This document shows positions 1 to 10,232 of a stretch of DNA of 64,000 bases, piece by piece (the stretch's first letter is position 1; every line of letters starts with the position of its first letter). Origin of the DNA: an uncultured Bacilli bacterium (GTDB lineage Bacteria > Bacillota_I > Bacilli_A > RF39 > UBA660). The translations under genes were made by a program, and so were the position numbers. Where the stretch lies: assembly GCA_934148535.1 (NCBI GenBank), contig CAKPDF010000004.1, forward strand, positions 32,169 to 96,168, given 5' to 3'. The notes under the pieces were generated by a model. It had not been told where the DNA came from, made no database searches, and was given only the letters and a program-made list of their open reading frames with translations.

Positions 1-1
1 T

Positions 2-1717
2 GTGTTAAACCATAGTTGCGCACATCTTTTAGCTCAAGCAGTAAAACATTTATATCCAAATGCTAAATTTTGGGTAGGTCCAGTTATAGAAGAAGGATTT
101 TATTATGATATTGACCTAGGAGATGAAGTAATAAAAGAAGAAGATTTACCTAAAATAGAAAAAGAAATGAAAAAATGTGCTAAAGACAACAAGAGAATAG
201 TAAGAAAAGAATTATCTAAAGAAGAAGCATTAGAAATGTTTAAAGATGATCCTTACAAAATTGACTTAATAGAAAGAATGAATGATGGAGAAACAATAAC
301 TTGTTATACACAAGGAGATTTTACAGATTTATGTAGAGGTCCACATGTAGAAAGTACAAAATGCATGAAGTATTTTAAATTATTAAAAGTATCTGGTGCA
401 TATTGGAAGGGAGATTCTAATAATAAAGTATTACAAAGAATATATGGAGTATGTTTGCCTACTGAAGAAGAATTAAAAGAACACCTTAATTGGTTAGAAG
501 AAGCAAAAGCAAGAGACCATAAAAAACTAGGAAAAGAATTAGAATTATTTATGATGAGTGAATATGGTCCTGGATTTCCATTCTTTTTAAATAAAGGAAT
601 GATTTTAAGAAATGAACTAGAAAATTATTGGTATAAAGAGCACACAAAAGAAGGATATCAATTTATTAAAACTCCAATAATGTTAAATAAAGAATTGTGG
701 GAATTATCAGGGCATTGGTATAATTATAGAGAAAACATGTACACATCAGAAATAGACGAAAAAGTATATGCAATTAAACCAATGAACTGTCCTGGAGGAA
801 TGCTAGTATATAAAAATTCACTTCATTCTTATAAAGACCTACCATTACGTATAGGAGAATTAGGTCAAGTACATAGACATGAAGCATCAGGTGCATTAAA
901 TGGTTTATTTAGAGTAAGAACATTTACACAAGATGACGCTCATATATTTATGAGACCAGATCAAATAGAAGAAGAAATAATAAGATTAATTAATTTTATT
1001 GATAGAATTTATAAAGTATTTGGATTAACCTATGATATTGAATTATCAACTAGACCAGAAGAAAAATATATAGGCGACCTAGAAGTATGGGATAAGTCAG
1101 AACGTGCCCTAGAAGACGCTTGTAAAAAAGCAGGTCATGACTGCAAGATAAATCCAGGAGATGGAGCATTCTATGGACCTAAACTAGACTTTCACATCAA
1201 AGATTCATTAGGTAGAGTATGGCAATGTGGAACAATACAACTTGATATGAATTTACCAGAAAGATTTGACTTAACATATGTTGATAAGGATGGCTCTAAA
1301 AAAAGACCTGTAATGCTACACAGAGTAATATTTGGTTCAATAGAAAGATTTATAGGAATATTAATTGAACATTATGCAGGTGCGTTCCCTCTTTGGTTAT
1401 CACCAAACCAAGTAAATATAATTCCAGTAAATAATGAATATCATTTAGAATATTGCCAAAAATTAAAACAAAATTTCGAAAAACATAATATAAGAGTTGA
1501 AATAGATGCAAGAGATGAAAAGTTATCATATCGTATGCGTGAATCTCAAACAAAGAAAAATCCATATACATTAATTATTGGAGATAAAGAAAAAGAAACA
1601 AATACAATAAGCTATAGAACTCATGGTAGTAATGATACAACAAATATGGAAGTATTTGAATTTATAGAAAAACTACTTAAAGAAATAGAAGAAAAAACTA
1701 ATACATTAAAGTCATAA
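2..1717 (+). CDS. thrS: Threonyl-tRNA synthetase, C-terminal ~570 aa. The 5' end lies upstream of the window.
   Basis: Class II aaRS motifs (HRHEASGALNGLFRVRTFTQDDAHIF, GDGAFYGPKLDF), ThrRS-type anticodon-binding C-terminus. Reading frame is open to the window edge. Confidence 0.9.
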   Translation: MLNHSCAHLLAQAVKHLYPNAKFWVGPVIEEGFYYDIDLGDEVIKEEDLPKIEKEMKKCAKDNKRIVRKELSKEEALEMFKDDPYKIDLIERMNDGETITCYTQGDFTDLCRGPHVESTKCMKYFKLLKVSGAYWKGDSNNKVLQRIYGVCLPTEEELKEHLNWLEEAKARDHKKLGKELELFMMSEYGPGFPFFLNKGMILRNELENYWYKEHTKEGYQFIKTPIMLNKELWELSGHWYNYRENMYTSEIDEKVYAIKPMNCPGGMLVYKNSLHSYKDLPLRIGELGQVHRHEASGALNGLFRVRTFTQDDAHIFMRPDQIEEEIIRLINFIDRIYKVFGLTYDIELSTRPEEKYIGDLEVWDKSERALEDACKKAGHDCKINPGDGAFYGPKLDFHIKDSLGRVWQCGTIQLDMNLPERFDLTYVDKDGSKKRPVMLHRVIFGSIERFIGILIEHYAGAFPLWLSPNQVNIIPVNNEYHLEYCQKLKQNFEKHNIRVEIDARDEKLSYRMRESQTKKNPYTLIIGDKEKETNTISYRTHGSNDTTNMEVFEFIEKLLKEIEEKTNTLKS

Positions 1718-1745
1718 CAATTAAGTTTATGACTTTTTCTTATCT
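1709..1745 (+). terminator. Rho-independent terminator of thrS
   Basis: 9-bp stem AAGTCATAA/TTATGACTT overlapping the stop codon, followed by TTTTCTTATCTT. Confidence 0.6.
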
Positions 1746-1819
1746 TAAAAATGTAAAATAAAATTTCATATCTATACTTTTTAAAACATATATAGTATAA
1801 TGAAATTGTGGTGATTTAA

Positions 1820-2911
1820 TTGGAAGAGAAGGCATTAGAAATATTAAAAATATTTAATGAGAAAGGTTATTCAGCATACATTGTTGGAGGTTATGTAAGA
1901 GATAAATTACTTGGTACTAAAAGTAATGATATAGATATTTGCACTAGCGCTACTCCAAAAGAAATAAAAGAATTATTTGATACAACTTCTCAAGAACAAT
2001 ATGGATCAATTCCCGTGATTTATAAGAATAATATTTTTGATATTACAACATATAGAAAAGAAATAAAATACGAAAAAAACAGAAAGCCAGTCAAAATAAA
2101 ATACATAAAAAAAATAAAAAAAGATTTATTAAGAAGAGATTTTACAATAAATACTTTATGTATGAATGAATTTGGTGAAGTAGAAGATATTCTAAATATA
2201 AAAGAAGATTTAGATAAAAAAATAATAAAAACAGTAGGAAATCCAAGATATAAAATAAAAGAAGATTCTCTTAGAATTTTAAGAGCAATAAGGTTTTCAA
2301 CTATACTAGACTTTACCATAGAACCAAAAACTAAACATTTCTTAGAAAAATATGGTTATTTATTAAAAAAACTATCATACCAAAGAAAAAAAGAAGAGTT
2401 AAATAAAATATTTTCAAGTGTTAACAAAGAAAAAGGAAGAAAACTATTAATAGAATTAAAACTTGATAAACAACTAGATTTACAATCTTTACAAAATATA
2501 GAATTATGTGATAACTTAATAGGTATTTGGGCTCAATTAGATGTTGATGATATATATCCATTTAATAAATTAGAAAAAGAACAAATGTCAAACATAAGAA
2601 TATTACTTAATACTGATTTATATAATCCATATACATTATATAAATATGACTTATATTTAGTAACAGTAGCAGCGCAAATAAAAAAATTAGATATAACAAA
2701 AATTAATAAAATATATAAAGAATTACCAATATTAAGCAGAAAGGATATAGATATAAAACCTATTGAAATATCTCAAATACTAAACAAAAAACCAGGTAAT
2801 TATTTAAAAGAAATAGTAACTGATTTAGAAGAAAAAATAGTTAGTAAAACTTTAAAGAATAATAAAGAAGACATAGAAAAATACATTATAAAAAAATATA
2901 AGAAGGACTGA
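1820..2911 (+). CDS. cca: CCA-adding tRNA nucleotidyltransferase (poly(A) polymerase head-domain family)
   Basis: N-terminal GYSAYIVGGYVRDKLLG...DIDI nucleotidyltransferase motif. TTG start preceded by GGTGA. Confidence 0.75.
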   Translation: MEEKALEILKIFNEKGYSAYIVGGYVRDKLLGTKSNDIDICTSATPKEIKELFDTTSQEQYGSIPVIYKNNIFDITTYRKEIKYEKNRKPVKIKYIKKIKKDLLRRDFTINTLCMNEFGEVEDILNIKEDLDKKIIKTVGNPRYKIKEDSLRILRAIRFSTILDFTIEPKTKHFLEKYGYLLKKLSYQRKKEELNKIFSSVNKEKGRKLLIELKLDKQLDLQSLQNIELCDNLIGIWAQLDVDDIYPFNKLEKEQMSNIRILLNTDLYNPYTLYKYDLYLVTVAAQIKKLDITKINKIYKELPILSRKDIDIKPIEISQILNKKPGNYLKEIVTDLEEKIVSKTLKNNKEDIEKYIIKKYKKD

Positions 2912-2916
2912 TTCAA

Positions 2917-3321
2917 ATGAAATACATCAAGAAATTTATTTTAATAATTATAGTGTCACTATTAATAATGTGGATTGCACTATTTTATGTAGTTAATGTT
3001 AATAAAAATTATCAATCTAAATTAATAAAAGAAGTAGAAAACAAATATAAAACAGAAGAAAAAATAAAAACTGTTAATAAATATGATAACAACTACATAG
3101 TAACAACCAAAAATAAAGTAATAGTATTAGATTCAAAATATAATAACATCAAAGAAGAAGACCTATCATCACTAGCAGAAAATATCAACGAATATACACT
3201 GATATATAAAAATAATAAATTGATGTATGAAAAGACAATTCTAAAAAAAGATAAAGTAATATATGAATATTATGATGCTTATACGTATGAATATGTAAAT
3301 AATTTAGTATTGGAGGGATAA
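2917..3321 (+). CDS. Hypothetical small membrane-anchored protein
   Basis: N-terminal hydrophobic helix, Lys/Asn-rich remainder. Packed tightly between cca and dnaD. Confidence 0.4.
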   Translation: MKYIKKFILIIIVSLLIMWIALFYVVNVNKNYQSKLIKEVENKYKTEEKIKTVNKYDNNYIVTTKNKVIVLDSKYNNIKEEDLSSLAENINEYTLIYKNNKLMYEKTILKKDKVIYEYYDAYTYEYVNNLVLEG

Positions 3322-3324
3322 TTT

Positions 3325-3981
3325 ATGGAAGAAAAAATAGTTAGTTTACTAGCATCAAAACCATTAATAGTACCAAGAATACTATTCCAAAATTATAAAA
3401 AAATAAATATAACAGAAGAAGAATTAATAATCTTAATATGTTTAATAAATATTGGAGAAAAAATACCATATAATCCAGAAAGTATTTCCAAAGAGTTAGG
3501 TATGGATAAATTTAAATGTATGCAAATGATAAGTTCATTAGAAGAAAAAAATATAATATCAATAAAAGTAGAACCAAATGCAAAAAATGAATTAGAAGAA
3601 TATATATATCTTGATTTAATGTATCAAAAATTATTTAATAAAATAATAGATTCAAATGAACCAAAGGAAAATAAAGAAGAATCAAAAGATATATTTACAG
3701 TATTTGAAACAGAACTAGGAAGAACATTATCAGGAATGGAATGTGAAATAATAAAAGGTTGGTTAAATGATAATATAAGCCCAGAATTATTAAAAGAAGC
3801 ACTAAAAGAAGCTGTTTACAATGATGTAAAAAATCTAAAATATATTGACAGAATAGTTTACAGTTGGAAAGAAAAAGGAATAAAAACAAAAGAAGATGTA
3901 ATGAAAAATAAAATTAATTACAGAAAAGCTCAAAAAAGTAAATCTCCAGTATTTGACTATAACTGGTTAGAAGATGAATAA
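3325..3981 (+). CDS. dnaD: DnaD-domain replication initiation / membrane attachment protein
   Basis: C-terminal DnaD-like domain (ELGRTLSGMECEIIKGWLND...YIDRIVYSWKEKGIKT). Lies immediately upstream of and overlapping nth, as dnaD-nth does in Bacillus subtilis. Confidence 0.7.
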   Translation: MEEKIVSLLASKPLIVPRILFQNYKKINITEEELIILICLINIGEKIPYNPESISKELGMDKFKCMQMISSLEEKNIISIKVEPNAKNELEEYIYLDLMYQKLFNKIIDSNEPKENKEESKDIFTVFETELGRTLSGMECEIIKGWLNDNISPELLKEALKEAVYNDVKNLKYIDRIVYSWKEKGIKTKEDVMKNKINYRKAQKSKSPVFDYNWLEDE

Positions 3982-4627
3982 TATGGATGATATTTTAAAT
4001 TATTTAGAAGAATTATATCCTAACGCCCACTGTGAATTGGAATATAAAAAAGATTATGAATTATTAATAGCAATAGTTTTAAGTGCTCAAACAACTGATA
4101 AAAGAGTAAATAAAGTAACAAAAGTTTTATTTTCAAAATACCCATCTTTAATATCATTAAAAGAAGCAAAATTAGAGAGTATTGAAAATATAATAAAAGA
4201 AATAGGAACTTATAAAAAGAAAAGTGTATTTGTAAAAAATATTGCAACAACCTTAGTAAATGATGGTTATACCAAAGTACCAAATGATAGAAAATACTTA
4301 GAAACATTAAGCGGTGTTGGTAGAAAAACAATAAATGTTTTTTTAGCAGAAATATATAATGTACCATCCATAGCAGTTGACACTCATGTAGAAAGAGTAA
4401 GTAAACGCATAAATTTAGCAAAAGAAGAAGATAATGTATTAACAATAGAGAAAAAACTAATGAAGAAAATTCCAAAAGAAAAATGGATAAAAGCCCATCA
4501 TCAATTAATATTTTTTGGAAGATATCACTGCAAAGCAATAAAACCTGATTGCAGTACTTGTAAGTTATCAAATATATGTAAATATTATAAAAAAGAGGTG
4601 TTAATAAATGGAAAGAAAAAGAATTGA
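3974..4627 (+). CDS. nth: Endonuclease III (DNA glycosylase/AP lyase)
   Basis: HhH-GPD motif (LSGVGRKTINVFL...VDTHVERV) and C-terminal 4Fe-4S Cys cluster C-x6-C-x2-C-x5-C. Strong colinearity with B. subtilis Nth. Confidence 0.9.
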   Translation: MNNMDDILNYLEELYPNAHCELEYKKDYELLIAIVLSAQTTDKRVNKVTKVLFSKYPSLISLKEAKLESIENIIKEIGTYKKKSVFVKNIATTLVNDGYTKVPNDRKYLETLSGVGRKTINVFLAEIYNVPSIAVDTHVERVSKRINLAKEEDNVLTIEKKLMKKIPKEKWIKAHHQLIFFGRYHCKAIKPDCSTCKLSNICKYYKKEVLINGKKKN

Positions 4628-5180
4628 AATAGAAGCAAAATTCCCTTTAAAAAATATGGAATATACTATAAACAAACTAAAGGAAGTTGGAGTACATTCG
4701 GAAAAAAATAAATTTCAAAAAGATATTTATTTCACTCCAGCCCATGAAAATTTTATAGAGAAAACTCCAATTTCTAAATGGTTAAGAGTTAGAGATGATG
4801 GAGAAGAACAAACAATAAATTATAAAAATTGGAGCAATTTAACTGGTAATAATAAAATCACTTGCAAAGAAATTGAAGTTGGTGTAGATGATTATAATGG
4901 AATGTTAGAAATATTAAAAATGTTAGATTTTAAGGAAATAATTGTAGTGGAAAAAATAAGAAATTCATTTGAGTATAATGATATAATATTTTCAATAGAT
5001 ACAATTAAAGATTTAGGTAATTTTATTGAATTAGAATTTAAGACTAACAAATTTGAAACAGAAGAAAAAAGTTTGGAATATATTAAGGATAATTTAAATA
5101 CTCTTAAAATAGAAGTAGGAAATCAAATATTTGCTGGTTATCCTCAACTAGTTATGGAAAATAATAAATTAAATAATTAA
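4608..5180 (+). CDS. CYTH-domain protein (class IV adenylyl cyclase / triphosphate tunnel metalloenzyme family)
   Basis: N-terminal EIEAKF motif typical of CYTH. Size ~190 aa. Confidence 0.55.
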   Translation: MERKRIEIEAKFPLKNMEYTINKLKEVGVHSEKNKFQKDIYFTPAHENFIEKTPISKWLRVRDDGEEQTINYKNWSNLTGNNKITCKEIEVGVDDYNGMLEILKMLDFKEIIVVEKIRNSFEYNDIIFSIDTIKDLGNFIELEFKTNKFETEEKSLEYIKDNLNTLKIEVGNQIFAGYPQLVMENNKLNN

Positions 5181-5255
5181 CCATTTCATATTAATTACTA
5201 TGCTAGTTAATTAACTTGAAAAAGTCTTTTTTTTTAGATATAATACTCTTAGGTC

Positions 5256-6074
5256 GTGATATTTATGAGTAGTATTATAAAAATAGATGGACTAACATAC
5301 AAAATTAAAGAAAAAATTATACTAGAAAATATAAAATTAGATATAGAAAAAAACACTTGGGTATCAATAATAGGCCCAAATGCTAGTGGTAAAACAACCC
5401 TAATAAAAATATTAGCAGGAATACTACCGTATAATGGTTATATAAATATAAATAACTTTGTACTTGATAATCAAAATAAAAAAGAAATAAGAAAATCTAT
5501 AGCAGTAGTATTAGATGATACAGAAAATCAATTAATAAATCAAACAGTATTAGAAGAATTATCATTTGCAATGGAAAATTTGAATTATCCAAAAGTAGAA
5601 ATAGAAGAAAAGATAAAACAAATATCAAAAGAATTTATGATAGAAAACTTATTAAACGAAAAAATACAAAATATAACAAACTCAGAAAAACAATTAGTAA
5701 ATATTGTATCTAACTTAGTAACTAATCCATCTATTTTAGTATTAGACGATGCACTACATCAAATGGAACCAAGTACTAAAGAAATGTTTTTAAATAATTT
5801 AAAAAGATACAAAAAGAAAAACAAACTAACAATTATAATGTCTACTCATAACTTAGAAGAAACATTAATTACGGATAGAGTTATAATAATAGATAACAAA
5901 AAAATAATAGCAGATTCTACACCACTATCTATTTTAAAACAAGAAAAGTTATTATCTTCTGCATCATTAGAGCAGCCATTTATAATTGAACTATCGCAAA
6001 AATTAATGTTATATAATTTAATAAATCACACTTATTTAGATAAAAGAAAGCTAGTAGATGACTTATGGAAATAG
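5256..6074 (+). CDS. ecfA1: ECF transporter ATPase subunit A1. Alternative ATG start at 5265.
   Basis: Walker A IIGPNASGKTTL, ABC signature region. First of two tandem ATPases followed by a T component and truA. Confidence 0.8.
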   Translation: MIFMSSIIKIDGLTYKIKEKIILENIKLDIEKNTWVSIIGPNASGKTTLIKILAGILPYNGYININNFVLDNQNKKEIRKSIAVVLDDTENQLINQTVLEELSFAMENLNYPKVEIEEKIKQISKEFMIENLLNEKIQNITNSEKQLVNIVSNLVTNPSILVLDDALHQMEPSTKEMFLNNLKRYKKKNKLTIIMSTHNLEETLITDRVIIIDNKKIIADSTPLSILKQEKLLSSASLEQPFIIELSQKLMLYNLINHTYLDKRKLVDDLWK

Positions 6075-6883
6075 AATTAAAAAATATAAAATATGAAAAA
6101 AATAATGAATTATTACTAAATAATATAAATATCACATTCCAAAATCAAAAAATAACTTCAATAATAGGTCCCTCTGGTAGTGGGAAATCACTAATAGGAT
6201 ATTTATTAGTAAATTTAATTAAAGAAACTGATGGAATAATAAGAATAGATGGTAAAAGAAATTACGATATTAATAAAATAAAAAAGAGTATTGGTTATGT
6301 ATTTCAACAACCCGAAATTTGTTTTTTTAATAAAACAGTATATGAAGAATTATCCTATAGCATAGAGAATTTTAATTATAAATTAGAAAAAAAAGAAAAA
6401 AGAATAAGTGAATTATTAAAAATAGTAGGTCTTAAAGAGGAAGTACTACCAAAAAGTCCAAATGAATTAAGTAGCGGAGAAAAAGAATTATTAGGTATAG
6501 CTTTATCCTTAACCTTAAATCCTAAAGTAATAATATTAGATGAACCAACAGTATATCTTGACAGTAAAAATAAAAAAAATTTAATAAAACTATTAAAAAA
6601 GTTAAAAAGAGAATATCAAAAAACTATAATAGTAATATCAAATGATATAAATTTTATTTACGAAATATCAGACAATATTGTATTAATAAATAATGGAGAA
6701 GTAAAATTAAGTATAAATTGTAAAGAATTAAATAATTATTACAAAGTTTTAAAAGAAAATAATATGGAAGTACCTCTAATTTTAGAATTTATAAATTTAG
6801 TAAAAGAAGAAAAAAATATAAATCTTAGCAGCACTAATGACATAAATGAACTTATAAAGGAAATATATAGAAATGTTAGATAA
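6065..6883 (+). CDS. ecfA2: ECF transporter ATPase subunit A2
   Basis: Walker A IIGPSGSGKSLI, LSSGEKELL signature, Walker B ILDEPT. Overlaps ecfA1 stop. Confidence 0.8.
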   Translation: MEIELKNIKYEKNNELLLNNINITFQNQKITSIIGPSGSGKSLIGYLLVNLIKETDGIIRIDGKRNYDINKIKKSIGYVFQQPEICFFNKTVYEELSYSIENFNYKLEKKEKRISELLKIVGLKEEVLPKSPNELSSGEKELLGIALSLTLNPKVIILDEPTVYLDSKNKKNLIKLLKKLKREYQKTIIVISNDINFIYEISDNIVLINNGEVKLSINCKELNNYYKVLKENNMEVPLILEFINLVKEEKNINLSSTNDINELIKEIYRNVR

Positions 6884-7610
6884 TAGATACATTTATTTAG
6901 GTGGTTATTACAATGAAGAATCTTATATTCATAAATTTAACCCAAGTATAAAAATAATAATAACATTAGTGCTAATAATTTCTCTAATTATATCAACTAG
7001 TATTTTAGATATAATTATATTAAATTTATTTATATTAGTTGTATTATTCCTTAGTAAAATAAAATTAAAAACATATATAAAGACAATATTAAAATATACA
7101 TTATTATTAATAACAATATTTATAATTTCTTTACTTTTATCAAGAAGTGTATACTTTTCAACATATCTGTTAGTTAAATTTATAGATTTAATATTAATAC
7201 TAAGTATATTAATAAAAACAACAAAACCATTAGAAATAAATATGGGACTATCTTATTTATTAAACACAAAAATAATAAATTTAAAACATTTAATTTTAAA
7301 TATAACACTAATATTAATCGCAATTCCCTTAATAGAAGAAACAAGAAGGGAGATTAATAATAGTATAAATTTAAGGACCATACAACCCAATAAAAAAAAT
7401 ATAATTAATAAAATTAAGCAAAATATTAAAAATATAGAACCAATTTATAGATTAACCAAAAATAAAATAAAGAAAATCTATACAGTAATGGAATTGAAAA
7501 ATTATTCATATTTTGCAAACAGAACAAAAAAACAATATAAAAACAAAACTACAGAGTTTATAACCTTATTATTAAGTATTATAATATTTGTATTAATAAT
7601 TATTTATTAA
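6873..7610 (+). CDS. ecfT: ECF transporter transmembrane (T) component
   Basis: Multi-TM protein. N-terminal SYIHKFNPSIKII resembles the EcfT S-x-LH-x-L-xP-x-K motif. Sits in the conserved ecfA1-ecfA2-ecfT-truA position. Confidence 0.6.
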   Translation: MLDNRYIYLGGYYNEESYIHKFNPSIKIIITLVLIISLIISTSILDIIILNLFILVVLFLSKIKLKTYIKTILKYTLLLITIFIISLLLSRSVYFSTYLLVKFIDLILILSILIKTTKPLEINMGLSYLLNTKIINLKHLILNITLILIAIPLIEETRREINNSINLRTIQPNKKNIINKIKQNIKNIEPIYRLTKNKIKKIYTVMELKNYSYFANRTKKQYKNKTTEFITLLLSIIIFVLIIIY

Positions 7611-7627
7611 GAAAAGAGGAGTTTACT

Positions 7628-8377
7628 ATGAGATATTTTATAACATTTTCCTATGATGGAAGCGATTTTTCAGGATACCAAAAGCAACCAAAAGCAAGAA
7701 CAGTACAAAATGAATTAGAAAAAGTATTAAAACAGATAAATGGAAATAAAGAAGTTGAAGTTCAGGCCTCAGGAAGAACGGATGCAGGAGTTCATGCTAT
7801 GAATCAAAAAGCTCATTTTGATTTAACATCTGAATTAACTTGTGAGAAATTACAAAAAGCAATGAATTCATTATTACCTAGTGACATATATATCAAGAAG
7901 GTAGAAGAAGTAGATGAAAATTTCCATGCAAGATTTAATGCAACAGGGAAAGAATATATCTATAAAATAAATATGGGAGAATATAATCCGTTAGAAAGAA
8001 AATATGTATATCAACACAATAAAAAATTAGATGTATCAGAAATGCAAAGAGCATTAAAGTATGTAGAAGGAACCCATTGCTTTAAATCGTTTACCAAAAT
8101 AGATGATGAAAAAGAAGATAAAGACGGATATGTAAGAACACTATCACAAACAAATATAGAAAGAGACCTAAAAGACGTAAACAAAATAACATTAGTTTTT
8201 ATAGGAACTGGTTTCTTGAGATATATGGTTAGAAATATAGTAGGAACCCTAATAGATATAGGAGAAGGAAAAATAAAAAGTGAAGATATAATAGAAATAT
8301 TAAAACAAGAAGATAGAACTAAAGCAGGTAAAACTGCTAACCCAGAAGGATTATATTTAAAAAATGTATTTTATTAG
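7628..8377 (+). CDS. truA: tRNA pseudouridine(38-40) synthase
   Basis: MRYFITFSYDGSDFSGYQKQP...GRTDAGVHA catalytic Asp motif. Canonical position after the ecf genes. Confidence 0.9.
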   Translation: MRYFITFSYDGSDFSGYQKQPKARTVQNELEKVLKQINGNKEVEVQASGRTDAGVHAMNQKAHFDLTSELTCEKLQKAMNSLLPSDIYIKKVEEVDENFHARFNATGKEYIYKINMGEYNPLERKYVYQHNKKLDVSEMQRALKYVEGTHCFKSFTKIDDEKEDKDGYVRTLSQTNIERDLKDVNKITLVFIGTGFLRYMVRNIVGTLIDIGEGKIKSEDIIEILKQEDRTKAGKTANPEGLYLKNVFY

Positions 8378-8450
8378 TAAAGTGTAATAAAAAAGTAGAC
8401 ACATAATTTTAAAAATGATAAAATTAAAATAAAGAAAGAAGGGGTCATAT

Positions 8451-9848
8451 ATGGCAGAGACTGAAGTGGTTCTAAGAGAAGCCTCAAGTTTAATGAGAAA
8501 AATAGTTGGGTATGAACAAGTATGTGAAAGAAGATTAAGTAATATAAACAATAATTTTGATACAACATCTGATAAAAGAGAAGAAAAATTAGAGACAAGA
8601 AAAGAGCTAAAATATTGGCAAAGCGTTCATCGAAAAATAGAAAGAGTAAGTGAAATTGCAGATATACATTTTGATGGTACAGAAGCAAAAAGACCAGAAT
8701 ATCCTCAAAAAATAGAAGTTTTAAATACTACTAAGATAATGATTTACTTAGAAAAAGCATTTTCTAAAAGTGGTCAAACAATGGATGCAGACCTAAAAAA
8801 ATTGGGAAAGATTATATCAGAAGAAGATAGAAATAGAGAAATGGGCAAAACGAAAAGAAAAATTCAAGATATAGAGCAAAGTAGAGATGAGCTTAAAACT
8901 CAAATGAAAGAACAACCAAGAGCCTTTTTCAAAAAGCCTTTATATTACCAAGAATGTATGGACTATATTGATAATATTTTAAAAGAAGTTCGTATTCCAA
9001 AAAGTACACATAGAGAATTTAATCCAGACGAACCAGTTAATGATGTTTCAACAATAACAGATTATGCAGGATTATTAGAAAGATATCAAACTTTAAAATT
9101 AGCAAATCGTCAATTAGAAGATATTGAATATCCGTTCATAACAAAAAGAATTACAGAATTACAAGATATCCAATATAAAAGGTCAGCAATTTCTATGGTG
9201 AAAATTTATTTAATGGATTTACCATATAAAAGTGATTATCAAGAAACCATCACCGAATTAAGAAATATTGATTTAAAATTAATACATCAACAGCAAAAAA
9301 TATTAGAAGAATTAAAAGAAAAAAGAATTATTACAACAATTACTAAAATAAAAATAGTAATAGATAAAGAAGAAAAAAGATTGAAGGAGAAAAGTGCAAT
9401 TGAACATGCAGTAGCTGACCTAGTAAGAAATTATAGTAAAAGTGCACTTATAAGAGTTCAAAAAGAACATAACCTTACAGATAGCCAATTATCTCAAGTA
9501 GAGTTAGCAGCAACTAGAATTATAAATGGAAAAGCACCACAACAACCAATTATACCAACAATTGCTACTCAACAGCAAGAAGCTAAGGAAGTAGTAAGTC
9601 CATCAATGAGTATTGAAGAAGAAGCTTTACTTAGAGCTAAAAAAAATGGATACATAGAAGTAGATAAAAAATTAAAAAATCTTTCAAAATTAGAAAGACA
9701 AATATTATATTCTTATGTTAGAGAAATTCAAACTGAAAACGAAGAAAAAAAGGAAGCTAGATTTAGCTCTATAAAACAAATATATGATCAAAAAGTGGAA
9801 GAGGAAAGGAAGCAAACTCATTCTTCATCAGTAGGAATGAGAAGATAA
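8451..9848 (+). CDS. Hypothetical 465-aa highly charged coiled-coil protein of unknown function
   Basis: Long ORF with RBS GAAGGGG 6 nt upstream of the ATG. No recognisable catalytic motifs. Confidence 0.5.
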   Translation: MAETEVVLREASSLMRKIVGYEQVCERRLSNINNNFDTTSDKREEKLETRKELKYWQSVHRKIERVSEIADIHFDGTEAKRPEYPQKIEVLNTTKIMIYLEKAFSKSGQTMDADLKKLGKIISEEDRNREMGKTKRKIQDIEQSRDELKTQMKEQPRAFFKKPLYYQECMDYIDNILKEVRIPKSTHREFNPDEPVNDVSTITDYAGLLERYQTLKLANRQLEDIEYPFITKRITELQDIQYKRSAISMVKIYLMDLPYKSDYQETITELRNIDLKLIHQQQKILEELKEKRIITTITKIKIVIDKEEKRLKEKSAIEHAVADLVRNYSKSALIRVQKEHNLTDSQLSQVELAATRIINGKAPQQPIIPTIATQQQEAKEVVSPSMSIEEEALLRAKKNGYIEVDKKLKNLSKLERQILYSYVREIQTENEEKKEARFSSIKQIYDQKVEEERKQTHSSSVGMRR

Positions 9849-9852
9849 ATTT

Positions 9853-10137
9853 ATGGAAGAAATAGATATTATAACTAATAACTTATTAGAAGCATATAAA
9901 GAACTATCGTTAGATAGCAAAAGAAATGAATTTAATAAAGAGATGATAATATTAACAAGCCTAATAAATTCTTTGCTAAGCAATTATACAAATAAAAAAT
10001 TGCATATGCCTAAAAATTATAAAAAAGGAATAGACACAGAACTAACTGAAGATGAAGTATTAACAAACAATTATATAGATTTATTAGAATTAAAAAATAA
10101 TATTTTAACATTAATTACATGTATTAGTAATAAATAA
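9853..10137 (+). CDS. Hypothetical 94-aa protein, probably co-transcribed with the upstream 465-aa ORF
   Basis: Starts 4 nt after the upstream stop. No recognisable motif. Confidence 0.35.
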   Translation: MEEIDIITNNLLEAYKELSLDSKRNEFNKEMIILTSLINSLLSNYTNKKLHMPKNYKKGIDTELTEDEVLTNNYIDLLELKNNILTLITCISNK

Positions 10138-10175
10138 TTACATTATTTTTTATAGCATATAAACTATTTTTATTA

Positions 10176-10232
10176 ATCACCACTTGGATATTTAAAAGCA
10201 CCAAGTGGATAAACAAATACTTGGGTGATTGT
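10176..10232. promoter_or_regulatory. Tandem 13-bp boxes CACCA(C/A)(T/G)TGGATA spaced 21 bp start-to-start, plus a third partial inverted copy. Candidate operator upstream of parC.
   Basis: CACCACTTGGATA at 10178-10190 and CACCAAGTGGATA at 10199-10211. Each has a CCANNTGG dyad core. The reverse complement of 10218-10230 resembles the AATCACC-extended box. Confidence 0.35.

Noticed and set aside
4020-4571. 183-aa minus-strand ORF inside nth, plus many similar 60-120-aa antisense ORFs (e.g. 1350-1571, 2020-2319, 3695-3889, 10515-10811, 13498-13698, 24476-24673, 29200-29451, 40248-40610)
   Set aside because: They lie entirely within well-supported genes on the opposite strand. They are Leu/Phe/Ile-rich, as expected from antisense translation of AT-rich coding DNA, and have no RBS.
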